Shown here in pieces: positions 20,351-28,505 of a stretch of DNA of 64,000 nucleotides. Under the pieces are notes generated by a model that saw only the letters and a list, made by a program, of their open reading frames with translations, did not search any database and had not been told where the DNA came from. Every line of letters begins with the position of its first letter. The stretch's first letter is position 1. The DNA comes from Acidobacteriota bacterium. GTDB taxonomy: Bacteria; Acidobacteriota; Vicinamibacteria; Vicinamibacterales; UBA2999. The position numbers were made by a program, and so were the translations under genes. The DNA is taken from NCBI GenBank assembly GCA_963169195.1, contig CAUJDN010000132.1:9382-73381 (forward strand), given 5' to 3'.

Positions 20351-20736
20351 GGGCGTCGCTCCGCCTTCTCCGTCACGTCGTCCAGGGCCTTGCGGGCCGC
20401 GTCCACGGCCACGCGCGCGACGTGCGCGCGCTCGGCCGGGAGCGAAAGGGCATCCACCACGCGTCCCGGCGTGAGGCGCCGGCCCTCGTCCAGCGTGGCC
20501 CCTTCCAGCCACTCGGCCACCAGGGCCGCCGAGGCGATCGACGCGCTGCACCCGAAGACCTTGAAGCGGGCCTCGACGATGCGCCCGGCCGAGACCCTCA
20601 CCTGGATCCGCACGGTCGTGCCGTCGTCCAGCGTCCCGGCCTCGCCGGTGCCGACATCCGTCTGCCCTGCGGGCCATTCGCCCACGCGACGCGGGTTGCG
20701 CACGCGATCGAGCACGGCTGCCGAGTACATGTGCAT
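20347..20736 (-). CDS. IscU/NifU-N-like protein lacking two of the three cluster-ligand cysteines
   Basis: 129 aa. Alignable by eye to IscU (RNPRRVG, ARFKVFGCSASIASAALVAEW, SLPAERAH). LDDG replaces ACGD, and HV replaces HC. Confidence 0.75.
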   Translation of the reverse strand: MHMYSAAVLDRVRNPRRVGEWPAGQTDVGTGEAGTLDDGTTVRIQVRVSAGRIVEARFKVFGCSASIASAALVAEWLEGATLDEGRRLTPGRVVDALSLPAERAHVARVAVDAARKALDDVTEKAERRP

Positions 20737-20742
20737 CGCCCC

Positions 20743-21915
20743 CTACCGGCCCGCGCCCGCCGCGGCCAGGCGCGCGACGGGCGACGAGCGCCGCACGTGC
20801 GCCACCACGTCCGCCACGTGCGAGGCCGCACGATCGATGTCCGCGGCCGTCGTCCCGCGGCCCAGCCCGAACCGGAGCGAGGCAAGGGCAGCCGTCTTGT
20901 CCAGGCCCAGGGCCATCAGCACGTGCGACGGCTCGGCGCTCGTGCAGGCCGCCCCGGACGACACGGCAATCTCGGTGAGGCCGACGTGCAGCGATTCGCC
21001 GTCGATGCCGGCCACGCGCACGTTGAGGTTCCCCGGCAGCCGAGGCGCCGACGCCCCGTTCATCGAGACGCCACCGGCCCGCTCCTGCAGCAGCTGCCAC
21101 AGTCGGTCCCGCAGCGCACCGACACGACGCGCCTCGTCTGGCATCTCACGACCCGCCACGTCGCACGCGGCGCCGAACCCGACGATGCCCGGCACGTTCA
21201 ACGTGCCGCCCCGGAGCCCCCGCTCCTGGCCACCGCCCCGAACGGGCGCCGCCAGGCGCTTCTCCACACCGCGCTTCACGTAGAGCGCGCCGACACCCTT
21301 CGGGCCGTACAGCTTGTGCGCGCTGAACGATGCCAGGTCCACACCCAGCGCGGCCACGTCCACCGGCACCCTGCCGAGCGCCTGCACCGCGTCGGTGTGC
21401 AGAAGCGCGCCCCGGGCGTGCGCGAGGGGCGCGATCTCCGCCACCGCCTGGAGGACGCCAATCTCGTTGTTCGCCAGCATGACGCTGACCAGGGCCGTGC
21501 CGGGCGTGATGGCCCGCGCAACGGCGTCGAGGTCCACCAGTCCCGTCGGATCCACCGGCAACTCGGTCACCGTCCATCCAGACGCTCCGAGCTGTCGGCA
21601 CGGTTCGAGCACAGCCCTGTGCTCGGTGGCCACCGTCACGACGTGCCGTCGGTCGGTGGGAGCCGCAGCCGCCGCCCCCGCAATGGCCAGGTGGTTCGCC
21701 TCGGTCGCACCGCTCGTGAACACGACCTCACGCGCACCGGCGCCGATGAGCAGCGCCACCTGCCGGCGGGCGCGCTCCACGGCCTCCCTCGCCTCCCAGC
21801 CGAAGCGATGCGTCCGGCTGGTGGCGTTGCCGAACGCGACGGTGAAGTAGGGCAGCATCGCCTCGACCACGCGGGGGTCCACGGGGGTCGTCGCGTGATG
21901 ATCGAGATAAACCAC
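20743..21915 (-). CDS. iscS: cysteine desulfurase IscS/NifS (group I)
   Basis: GTG at 21915 is preceded by GGAGGA at 6 nt; the ORF maximum is 21942. YLDHHATTP, SAHKLYGPKGVGALY, SSGAACTSAEPSHVL. Confidence 0.9.
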   Translation of the reverse strand: MVYLDHHATTPVDPRVVEAMLPYFTVAFGNATSRTHRFGWEAREAVERARRQVALLIGAGAREVVFTSGATEANHLAIAGAAAAAPTDRRHVVTVATEHRAVLEPCRQLGASGWTVTELPVDPTGLVDLDAVARAITPGTALVSVMLANNEIGVLQAVAEIAPLAHARGALLHTDAVQALGRVPVDVAALGVDLASFSAHKLYGPKGVGALYVKRGVEKRLAAPVRGGGQERGLRGGTLNVPGIVGFGAACDVAGREMPDEARRVGALRDRLWQLLQERAGGVSMNGASAPRLPGNLNVRVAGIDGESLHVGLTEIAVSSGAACTSAEPSHVLMALGLDKTAALASLRFGLGRGTTAADIDRAASHVADVVAHVRRSSPVARLAAAGAGR

Positions 21916-21942
21916 CGTCGATCCTCCGAGGGGACCCGCCAC

Positions 21943-22419
21943 TCAGGACTCCCCCACCGGCGAGACGAAGGCCAGGGGCGACACCGCCGACCCCGGGCGG
22001 ACCGGCGCTTCAGTGTCCGTGGCCAGCTCAGCCACCGACACGGTGTTCAGCGTGTCCACGATTCGGCTCTTGATCTTCCAGAGCGGGTCGCGAATGCTGC
22101 ACGTCCCAAACTGCTCGCAGGCGTGATCGTCGGGCGAGCAGGCCGTGACGGTGACCGGGCCGTCCACGACCTGGATGACATCGGCGACGCTGATGCCGGC
22201 AGCGGGGCGACCCAGCCGGTAGCCACCGCGCGTTCCCTGCACCGAGACGAGCAGCCGGGCACGGACGAGCCGCTGCAGGATCTTCGCCAGCAGCTCGAGC
22301 GGAATGGCATACGCCTCGGAAATTTCCCGGGCGCTCGACGAATCGCCGCTGGCGTGCCGCATCGCGAGGTGCTTCATCGCAATGAGGGCGTAGTCCGACT
22401 TCTTGGAGAACCTCAGCAT
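21943..22419 (-). CDS. iscR: Rrf2-family transcriptional regulator (IscR-like)
   Basis: 158 aa. MLRFSKKSDYALIAMKHLA wHTH. Cys cluster CSPDDHACEQFGTC. Confidence 0.85.
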   Translation of the reverse strand: MLRFSKKSDYALIAMKHLAMRHASGDSSSAREISEAYAIPLELLAKILQRLVRARLLVSVQGTRGGYRLGRPAAGISVADVIQVVDGPVTVTACSPDDHACEQFGTCSIRDPLWKIKSRIVDTLNTVSVAELATDTEAPVRPGSAVSPLAFVSPVGES

Positions 22420-22452
22420 AGGCGCGGGCGAATATCCGACCGACGAAGTCCT

Positions 22453-22482
22453 ATTTTAGCCCCGTCATCTCGGACCTGGCAA
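22453..22482 (-). promoter_or_regulatory. candidate sigma-70 promoter of the isc/suf operon
   Basis: Minus strand TTGCCA (22482-22477), N18, TAAAAT (22458-22453), about 35 nt upstream of the iscR ATG. Confidence 0.4.
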
Positions 22483-22679
22483 GTCGGGATTGTGGGCCGC
22501 GGTGGGCGCACGGCCAGGTCGAGCTGGCTCGCCCGCGGCGGGTGGATCTCCCACCAACGGCCTCCCGCACGAGGCGCCCCGCCGCAGGCCTGCCCCCAGG
22601 CCCACGGCCCGAAGCCCCGCCCACCGAGGGCCCACCGCGCCAAGCGCGGCCCACCGCGCCGCGGCAGCGGCGAGGCCCG

Positions 22680-24152
22680 CTAGTACTTCGGCTGGCTCGG
22701 ATCCACCTCGTCGCTCCAGCGGAGGATGCCGCCCGTCAGGTTCAGCACGCGAGGGAATCCGAGGCCGCGGAGGTACGCCGCCGCCTTGGCGCTGCGCACA
22801 CCCGACCGGCATTGGCACACGACGAGGAGGTCCCGGTCGATTTCGGCGTGCCGCCGGGGAATCTCGCCGAGCGGGATGAGGACCGCGCCCTCGATGCGCG
22901 CAATCTGGTACTCCTGCGGCTCGCGGACGTCCACGATCAGCAGCGCGTCCCCGCGGTCCATGGCGGCCTTCAGCTCCCTGGGGGCGATCTCGGTCATGGC
23001 GGACATCGCGTCGTGGCCGGGGGAGGCCGCGCCAGCGCCGGCCGTGACTCCTCCGGTGATGCCGCAGAACTGCTCGTAGTCGACGAGCTGGCGGACCGTC
23101 GGCTGGTCGCCGCACACCGGGCACTCGGAGTCGCGGCGCAGCTTCAACTCGCGGAACTTCATGCGGAGCGCGTCGTAGATGAGGAACCGGCCGATGAGCG
23201 GCTCGCCCGTCCCGAGAATCAGCTTGATGGCCTCGGTCGCCTGAATCGTGCCGATGATCCCCGGCAGCACGCCCAGCACACCGGCCTCGGCACAACTCGG
23301 CACGAGCCCCGGCGGGGGCGGCTCGGGGTAGAGGCACCGATAGCATGGCCCCCCCTTCGTCGCGAACACGGATGCCTGCCCCTCGAAGCGGAAGATGCTG
23401 CCGTAGGCGTTGGGCTTGCCGAGCAGTACGCAGGCGTCGTTGACGAGATACCGCGTCGGGAAGTTGTCGGTCCCGTCGAGGATGACGTCGTAGGGCGCGA
23501 AGATGTCGAGCGCGTTGGACGAGTTGAGCGCGGTGTCGTAGGTCTCCACGTGCACGTGCGGATTGAGCGCGAGGATCGTGTCCCTGGCCGACGCCAGCTT
23601 GGGCCGGCCCACGTCGGGCGTCGTGTGCAGGATCTGCCGTTGCAGGTTGCTCATGTCCACCACGTCGAAGTCCACGACGCCGATGGTGCCCACGCCGGCC
23701 GCGGCCAGGTACATCGCGGCGGGCGAGCCCAGTCCGCCGGCGCCGATGCACAGCACCTTGGCCGCCTTGAGCGCCCGCTGGCCGTCCATCCCGACCTCGG
23801 AAAGGATCAGGTGACGGCTGTAGCGCCGCACCTCTTCGGGCGTGAGGGACGGCAGCACCGACGGCTCCACGGCGCCGCTGCCGCCCGCCACGGACGGAAT
23901 GATGCTGACGACGTCGCCGGCGCTGACCGGCGTCGCCTCCTTCTGCAGGTAGCGGATGTCCTCGTCGTTCACGTAGACGTTCACGAAGCTGCGGAGCCTG
24001 CCCTCACCCGTGTACAGGTGGTGCCTCAACGCGGCGTACTTCGTCGTCAATCCCTGGAGCAGCTCACCCACCGTCTGGCCGTCCACTTCGACGGCGTCCT
24101 GCCTGTCGGTGAACGCGCGCAGCGGCGTGGGAATCAATATCGTCGTCGGCAT
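22680..24152 (-). CDS. fusion protein: ThiS/MoaD-like beta-grasp (ends in GG) + MoeB/ThiF E1-like adenylyltransferase + rhodanese
   Basis: 490 aa. Residues 1-91 end ...DVVSIIPSVAGG. Then RYSRHLIL...CIGAGGLGSP, NLQRQ, CYRC and CPVC zinc motifs, and the C-terminal rhodanese loop CQCRSGVRS. Confidence 0.85.
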   Translation of the reverse strand: MPTTILIPTPLRAFTDRQDAVEVDGQTVGELLQGLTTKYAALRHHLYTGEGRLRSFVNVYVNDEDIRYLQKEATPVSAGDVVSIIPSVAGGSGAVEPSVLPSLTPEEVRRYSRHLILSEVGMDGQRALKAAKVLCIGAGGLGSPAAMYLAAAGVGTIGVVDFDVVDMSNLQRQILHTTPDVGRPKLASARDTILALNPHVHVETYDTALNSSNALDIFAPYDVILDGTDNFPTRYLVNDACVLLGKPNAYGSIFRFEGQASVFATKGGPCYRCLYPEPPPPGLVPSCAEAGVLGVLPGIIGTIQATEAIKLILGTGEPLIGRFLIYDALRMKFRELKLRRDSECPVCGDQPTVRQLVDYEQFCGITGGVTAGAGAASPGHDAMSAMTEIAPRELKAAMDRGDALLIVDVREPQEYQIARIEGAVLIPLGEIPRRHAEIDRDLLVVCQCRSGVRSAKAAAYLRGLGFPRVLNLTGGILRWSDEVDPSQPKY

Positions 24153-24158
24153 ACTCGC

Positions 24159-24662
24159 TCACTCTTCTCCGTCAGGACCTTGGGCCCCGACCCCACGACC
24201 TCGAGGCCCCAAGACCCCGTCGATCAGCCTCTCCTCTTCGAACGTCGCGCGGTCCTCGCTGAGGCGCCACGACGTCACGTCCGCGGGCTCTCCGCCGGCG
24301 ACCGACAGGATCACATAGGAGAACACGGGCCACGCATGATCCAGATCGTACCGTGAGGGCCGTGCCGGCTGATCCGGGTGCGAGTGGTAGAACCCGAGCA
24401 GATCGAGGCCGTGGCGGCCGGCCCTTTCCTCGGCCGCCCGGTAGTCGGCCGGCCGCACCAGGAATCGGTGCCGTGGTCCGTCCTCGGTCGTGTTGGGCAG
24501 CGCCCAGGCTTCCGTCACCACGCCGTCCCGGCCCAGCAGCGCGCCGCAGCACTCGTGCGGGTACGCCTGGCGCCCGTGCGCCCGGATCGCCTCGGTCACA
24601 CCCGGGCCGAGCATCAACCCATTCGTCACGACGCCTCCGGCCCCCTCCGCGTCCACCGGCAC
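24159..24662 (-). CDS. JAMM/MPN+ metallopeptidase (Mec+/Prok-JAB type)
   Basis: PHECCG Glu motif and HSHPDQPARPSRYD (HxH-x7-S-xx-D). Start is uncertain: GTG 24662, GTG 24629 (GGAGG RBS) or ATG 24614. Confidence 0.8.
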   Translation of the reverse strand: MPVDAEGAGGVVTNGLMLGPGVTEAIRAHGRQAYPHECCGALLGRDGVVTEAWALPNTTEDGPRHRFLVRPADYRAAEERAGRHGLDLLGFYHSHPDQPARPSRYDLDHAWPVFSYVILSVAGGEPADVTSWRLSEDRATFEEERLIDGVLGPRGRGVGAQGPDGEE

Positions 24663-24723
24663 ATCCTCGTCGGCGCCTGCAGGCCCATGCCGGTTCGATG
24701 CCGGCGCCAGACCGCCGGACCGC

Positions 24724-25431
24724 CTACCTGATGGCGGCGGTGACCGTCACGCGGGCGCGTATCTCGATCTCGCCTTCCGCGACCGGGGTCGTCGCCGGTT
24801 GATCGGCTGCGGCCGCGCGGAACGCGGTGGCCTCGGGCCGGACGACGGCGGCCGGCGCCCCCTCGGCGATACGCACCACACGATCCACCGCACGCTTCGC
24901 TCCGCTCGCTGCGGCGTCCGCGCGCAGCATGGCGTCGGCCACGGCAAGCCGGAGGGCCTCGCGCTCGCTCACCGCGCGCTGCTTCAGGTCGAAGCGCAGG
25001 CCGTGAATGGACGTGGCCCCCGATCCGACGGAGGCGTCCATCACGTCACCCAGCCGTCCCAGGTCGTCCACGCGCACCTCGATGCTGTTGCGCGCGACGT
25101 ACCCGCGCGGCGTCTGTCGCCCTCCCGCGTAGTCGAACTCCTGCTGCAGCGAGATGGCGACCGTGCGCACGGCGTCCTTCGGCACGCCGGCCGCGGCCAG
25201 GCGCTGCTGGACGGCGGTCATCGCCTCGGCGTTGGCCGCCTGCGCGTCCTTCGGGTTTCGCGCGCGCGACTCGGCGCCGATGCGCACGAACGCCTGGTCG
25301 GGCGCGACGCGCACGAGGCCCTCGCCCTGGACGATCACCACCGGCGGCTCCACGGCCGCCGGGCCCTGCGCCGACGACGGGGACGCGCAGAGGAGGAGAC
25401 TTCCGAGGCAGGCGATGGACGTGGTCTTCAT
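24724..25431 (-). CDS. SIMPL-domain (DUF541) periplasmic protein
   Basis: The last 235 aa of ORF 24724..25989. Signal peptide MKTTSIACLGSLLLCASPSSAQ. The pattern V..G.G.V...PD.A and the overall layout are typical of SIMPL. Confidence 0.7.
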   Translation of the reverse strand: MKTTSIACLGSLLLCASPSSAQGPAAVEPPVVIVQGEGLVRVAPDQAFVRIGAESRARNPKDAQAANAEAMTAVQQRLAAAGVPKDAVRTVAISLQQEFDYAGGRQTPRGYVARNSIEVRVDDLGRLGDVMDASVGSGATSIHGLRFDLKQRAVSEREALRLAVADAMLRADAAASGAKRAVDRVVRIAEGAPAAVVRPEATAFRAAAADQPATTPVAEGEIEIRARVTVTAAIR

Positions 25432-25463
25432 GGCGGCAGCTCCCCGGGGCCCACGAGGGCCCG

Positions 25464-26252
25464 CTAACCCGAGTACACCACGCGGAAGCCGATGCTGTAC
25501 GCGTAGGTGTCCGGCGGCACCTTGTGCCGGTGCGCGCAGCGCAGCTGGTCGATGTCGTGGCTCACCCACGACCCGCCGCGCACGACGCGGAAGACGCCCT
25601 GCGCGGGCCCGCGCGGGTTGTCGGCGGGCCCCGTACGATAGAAGTCGGGCGAGTACCAGTCGGCCACCCACTCCCAGACGTTGCCCGCCATGTCGTAGAG
25701 GCCGAAGGCGTTGGGGGGGTAGGCGCCGACGGGCCGTGTGCCGCGGTGACGCTTCAGCGCCGGCTCGGGCAGGAAGTTCCCGCGCGACGCGTCGATGTCG
25801 TCGCCCCACGGGTACCGCCTGCCCCCGAGGTCGCCGCGCGCGGCCCGCTCCCATTCGGCTTCGGTCGGCAGCCGCACGAGGGCGCCCACCTGGCCGCTCA
25901 GCCACCGGCAGTAGGCAGTGGCGTCGGCGTGCGTCACGAGCGTCACGGGATGGCGTCCCCGCTCGCGGGGCGGCTCGCCGCCCCGCCACACGTACGCGGC
26001 CGCCAGTTCTCGGAACGGCAGCTCGTGCTGCGGCGTGACGACCAGGGGCAGGTCGCGAAGCGAGGGGGGCTGGTGGCCCGTGTCGCGGACGAACTCCGCG
26101 TACTGCTCGACGGTGACGGGATGCACCGACACGTGAAACGCGTCCACGCGGACCTCCCGCGGGGGCCGTTCGTCGTCATTCCCCTCGTCGGATCCCCTGG
26201 TGAAGAGGCCACCCGGAATCGGCGCGAAGCGGGGTACGAGTTCCTCACCCAT
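25464..26252 (-). CDS. formylglycine-generating-enzyme family protein (FGE-sulfatase / SUMF1-like domain)
   Basis: 262 aa. RLPTEAEWERAARG, YPWGD, GLYDMAGNVWEWV, RVVRGGSW, IGFRVV. Confidence 0.85.
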   Translation of the reverse strand: MGEELVPRFAPIPGGLFTRGSDEGNDDERPPREVRVDAFHVSVHPVTVEQYAEFVRDTGHQPPSLRDLPLVVTPQHELPFRELAAAYVWRGGEPPRERGRHPVTLVTHADATAYCRWLSGQVGALVRLPTEAEWERAARGDLGGRRYPWGDDIDASRGNFLPEPALKRHRGTRPVGAYPPNAFGLYDMAGNVWEWVADWYSPDFYRTGPADNPRGPAQGVFRVVRGGSWVSHDIDQLRCAHRHKVPPDTYAYSIGFRVVYSG

Positions 26253-26286
26253 TCAGGTCGAGCCAACCGCAAGTATACTGCCCGCC

Positions 26287-27435
26287 ATGAAGCTCGAACA
26301 GTTCGCGATGGAGCGGATGCAGTCCACCTACGAGAACCTGGTGGAGTACAACCTGTCGGAAAGCGGGGTGCGGCCCCTGTCGACACGCGAGCTCCTCGAG
26401 GACCAGCCGGCCATCGATGCGCTCCTCGATCAGCCGCTCGTGTACACGCAGTCGAACGGCACCGTCGAGCTGCGCACGCTGATCGCCGCGCTGTACCCCG
26501 GCGCCAGCGCGGATCACGTCGAGGTCACCAACGGCGGCTCGGAGGCCAATTTCGTCGCCACGTGGCGTCTCGTCGAGCCGGGCGACGAAGTCGTGATGCT
26601 GCTGCCCTGCTACATGCAGACCTGGGGCCTCGCGCGCGCCTTCGGCGCCACGGTGCGCGAGTGGCACCTGGTCGAGGACACGGCGGCGGGCCGCTGGCGC
26701 GTGGATCTCGACCGCCTGAACGCGCTCGTCTCGCCGAAGACGAAGCTGATCGTCATCTGCAATCCGAACAACCCGACGGGCGCACGGCTCACCGCGGGCG
26801 ACCTCGACGCCATCGCGCGGGCGGCGGAGCGTGTCGGCGCGTGGATCCTGTCGGACGAGATCTACCGCGGCGCCGAGCTCGACGGCGTGGAAACGCCCTC
26901 GATGTGGGGCCGCAGCGAACGCGTCCTCGTGACGGCCGGCCTGTCGAAGGCCTACGGTCTCCCAGGGCTCCGGGTGGGCTGGATTGTCGGCCCCCCGGCG
27001 ACGGTCGCGTCGTGCTGGTCGTACCACGACTACACGACCATCGCGCCCGGGGCCCTGTCCGATCGCCTGGCGCGCGTCGCGATGGACCCGGCGCGCCGCG
27101 GCAGGCTCCTCGAGCGGACGCGGGGCATCCTGCGCGCGAACCTGCCGATGCTCGAGGACTGGCTGGGGGCCCGCGGCTTTCACTGGCTGCGCCCCGAGGC
27201 CGGCGCCATCTGTTACGTGCGCTACCCGCACGCCGTCAACTCCACGGCACTGGTCACCCGCCTCCGCGAGGAGAAGAGCGTGCTCGTCGTCCCCGGCGAT
27301 CACTTCGGGATGGATCGCTACCTGCGGCTCGGGTTCGGCGAGCCGCTGGCGTACATGGCCACCGGGCTCACGCGGCTGCACGAGCTGCTCGAGTCGATTG
27401 GCTCGGCCGACCGGGCGGCCACGCCCAGGGCATGA
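26287..27435 (+). CDS. class I/II pyridoxal-phosphate aminotransferase
   Basis: Internal ATG (MKLEQFAMERMQS...). ICNPNNPTG, LSKAYGLPGLRVGW (PLP Lys). Confidence 0.85.
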   Translation: MKLEQFAMERMQSTYENLVEYNLSESGVRPLSTRELLEDQPAIDALLDQPLVYTQSNGTVELRTLIAALYPGASADHVEVTNGGSEANFVATWRLVEPGDEVVMLLPCYMQTWGLARAFGATVREWHLVEDTAAGRWRVDLDRLNALVSPKTKLIVICNPNNPTGARLTAGDLDAIARAAERVGAWILSDEIYRGAELDGVETPSMWGRSERVLVTAGLSKAYGLPGLRVGWIVGPPATVASCWSYHDYTTIAPGALSDRLARVAMDPARRGRLLERTRGILRANLPMLEDWLGARGFHWLRPEAGAICYVRYPHAVNSTALVTRLREEKSVLVVPGDHFGMDRYLRLGFGEPLAYMATGLTRLHELLESIGSADRAATPRA

Positions 27436-28505
27436 CGACGCCCGACCTGGCCCTGGTGCTCGTCGGGTTCGGCCACGTCGGCCGTCGGTTCGTGCACCTC
27501 CTGAACGAGATTGGCGACCGGCTCGATTTCGACTGGCGTGTGGTGGCCATCGCCACGCGCCGACACGGGTCGGTGCTGGATCCGGACGGCGTGGACATCA
27601 TGCGCGCGTCCGCCCTGGTGGAGGAGGGCCACTCGCTGGACCGGCTCCAGGCCGGCCCCGTGGATCGCAGCGGCATCGACATCATCCGGCAGAGCGCGCA
27701 GGCCATGGAGGACGAGGCCGCCGAGGGTCGCCTGGTGTGTCTCGAGTCCACGGTGCTCGACATCGATCGCGGCGAGCCCGCCATCTCGCACGTCCGCGCC
27801 GCGCTCGAGGCGCAGATGCACGTGGTCACCGTGAACAAGGGCCCGGCCGCGTTCGCCTACCACGAGCTCGAGGCGCTGGCCGAGGCCGTGGATCGCGTCT
27901 TCTTCTTCGAGGGCGCCGTCATGGACGGCATCCCCGTCTTCAACCTCGTGCGCGAGACCCTGCCCGCCGTGAGGATCGACGGCTTCCGCGGCGTCATCAA
28001 CACGACGTCGAACTTCGTCCTCTCGGCCCTGGAGCGCGGGCAGGCGTTCGACGAGGCGGTGCGGGAGATGCAGGCCCGGGGCATCGCCGAGGCCGACCCG
28101 TCGCTCGACATCGAGGGTTGGGACGCCGCCGCCAAGACCGCGGCGCTCGTCAACGTGCTGATGGCCGGCGCCATGGCGCCGCACCAGGTGGCGCGCACCG
28201 GCATCGCCGACGTGAAGCCGGCCGACGTCGCCGCCGCCATCGCCCGTGGCCGCCGCATCCGGCTGGTGGCGTCGGCGGCCCGCCAGGGCGGGACCATCAC
28301 GGCGCGGGTCGAACCCGAGATGCTCGCGGCCCGCGATCCGCTGGCCAACCTCGAGGACACCGAGAACGCGCTCTACCTGATCACCGACGTGCTCGGCGAG
28401 ATCGGCATCGTCCAGCGCGAGGGCACGCTCACGCAGACGGCGTACGCGCTGGTCACCGACCTGTCGCGCATCAGCCGGAGGCTGAGGGAATGGGACGCAC
28501 GATGA
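27432..28505 (+). CDS. hom: homoserine dehydrogenase (no ACT domain)
   Basis: 357 aa. ATGA overlap with the aminotransferase gene. VGFGHVGRRF NAD site, VVTVNKGPAA, GVINTTSNFVL, ADPSLDIEGWDAAAK. Confidence 0.8.
   Translation: MTTPDLALVLVGFGHVGRRFVHLLNEIGDRLDFDWRVVAIATRRHGSVLDPDGVDIMRASALVEEGHSLDRLQAGPVDRSGIDIIRQSAQAMEDEAAEGRLVCLESTVLDIDRGEPAISHVRAALEAQMHVVTVNKGPAAFAYHELEALAEAVDRVFFFEGAVMDGIPVFNLVRETLPAVRIDGFRGVINTTSNFVLSALERGQAFDEAVREMQARGIAEADPSLDIEGWDAAAKTAALVNVLMAGAMAPHQVARTGIADVKPADVAAAIARGRRIRLVASAARQGGTITARVEPEMLAARDPLANLEDTENALYLITDVLGEIGIVQREGTLTQTAYALVTDLSRISRRLREWDAR

Noticed and set aside
22600-22661. Direct repeats of GCCCAC(CGCGCC) downstream of the Ubl-E1 gene
   Set aside because: They are short and extremely GC-rich with irregular spacing (19, 11, 19 nt). 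They cannot be distinguished from chance in this composition without a genome-wide count.
22680-24662. JAMM + Ubl + E1 as an antiviral ubiquitin-like conjugation system (Bil- or CBASS-type)
   Set aside because: No E2-like or effector gene is present. The E1 carries a rhodanese domain and MoeB-type zinc motifs, which points to sulfur-carrier chemistry rather than protein conjugation.
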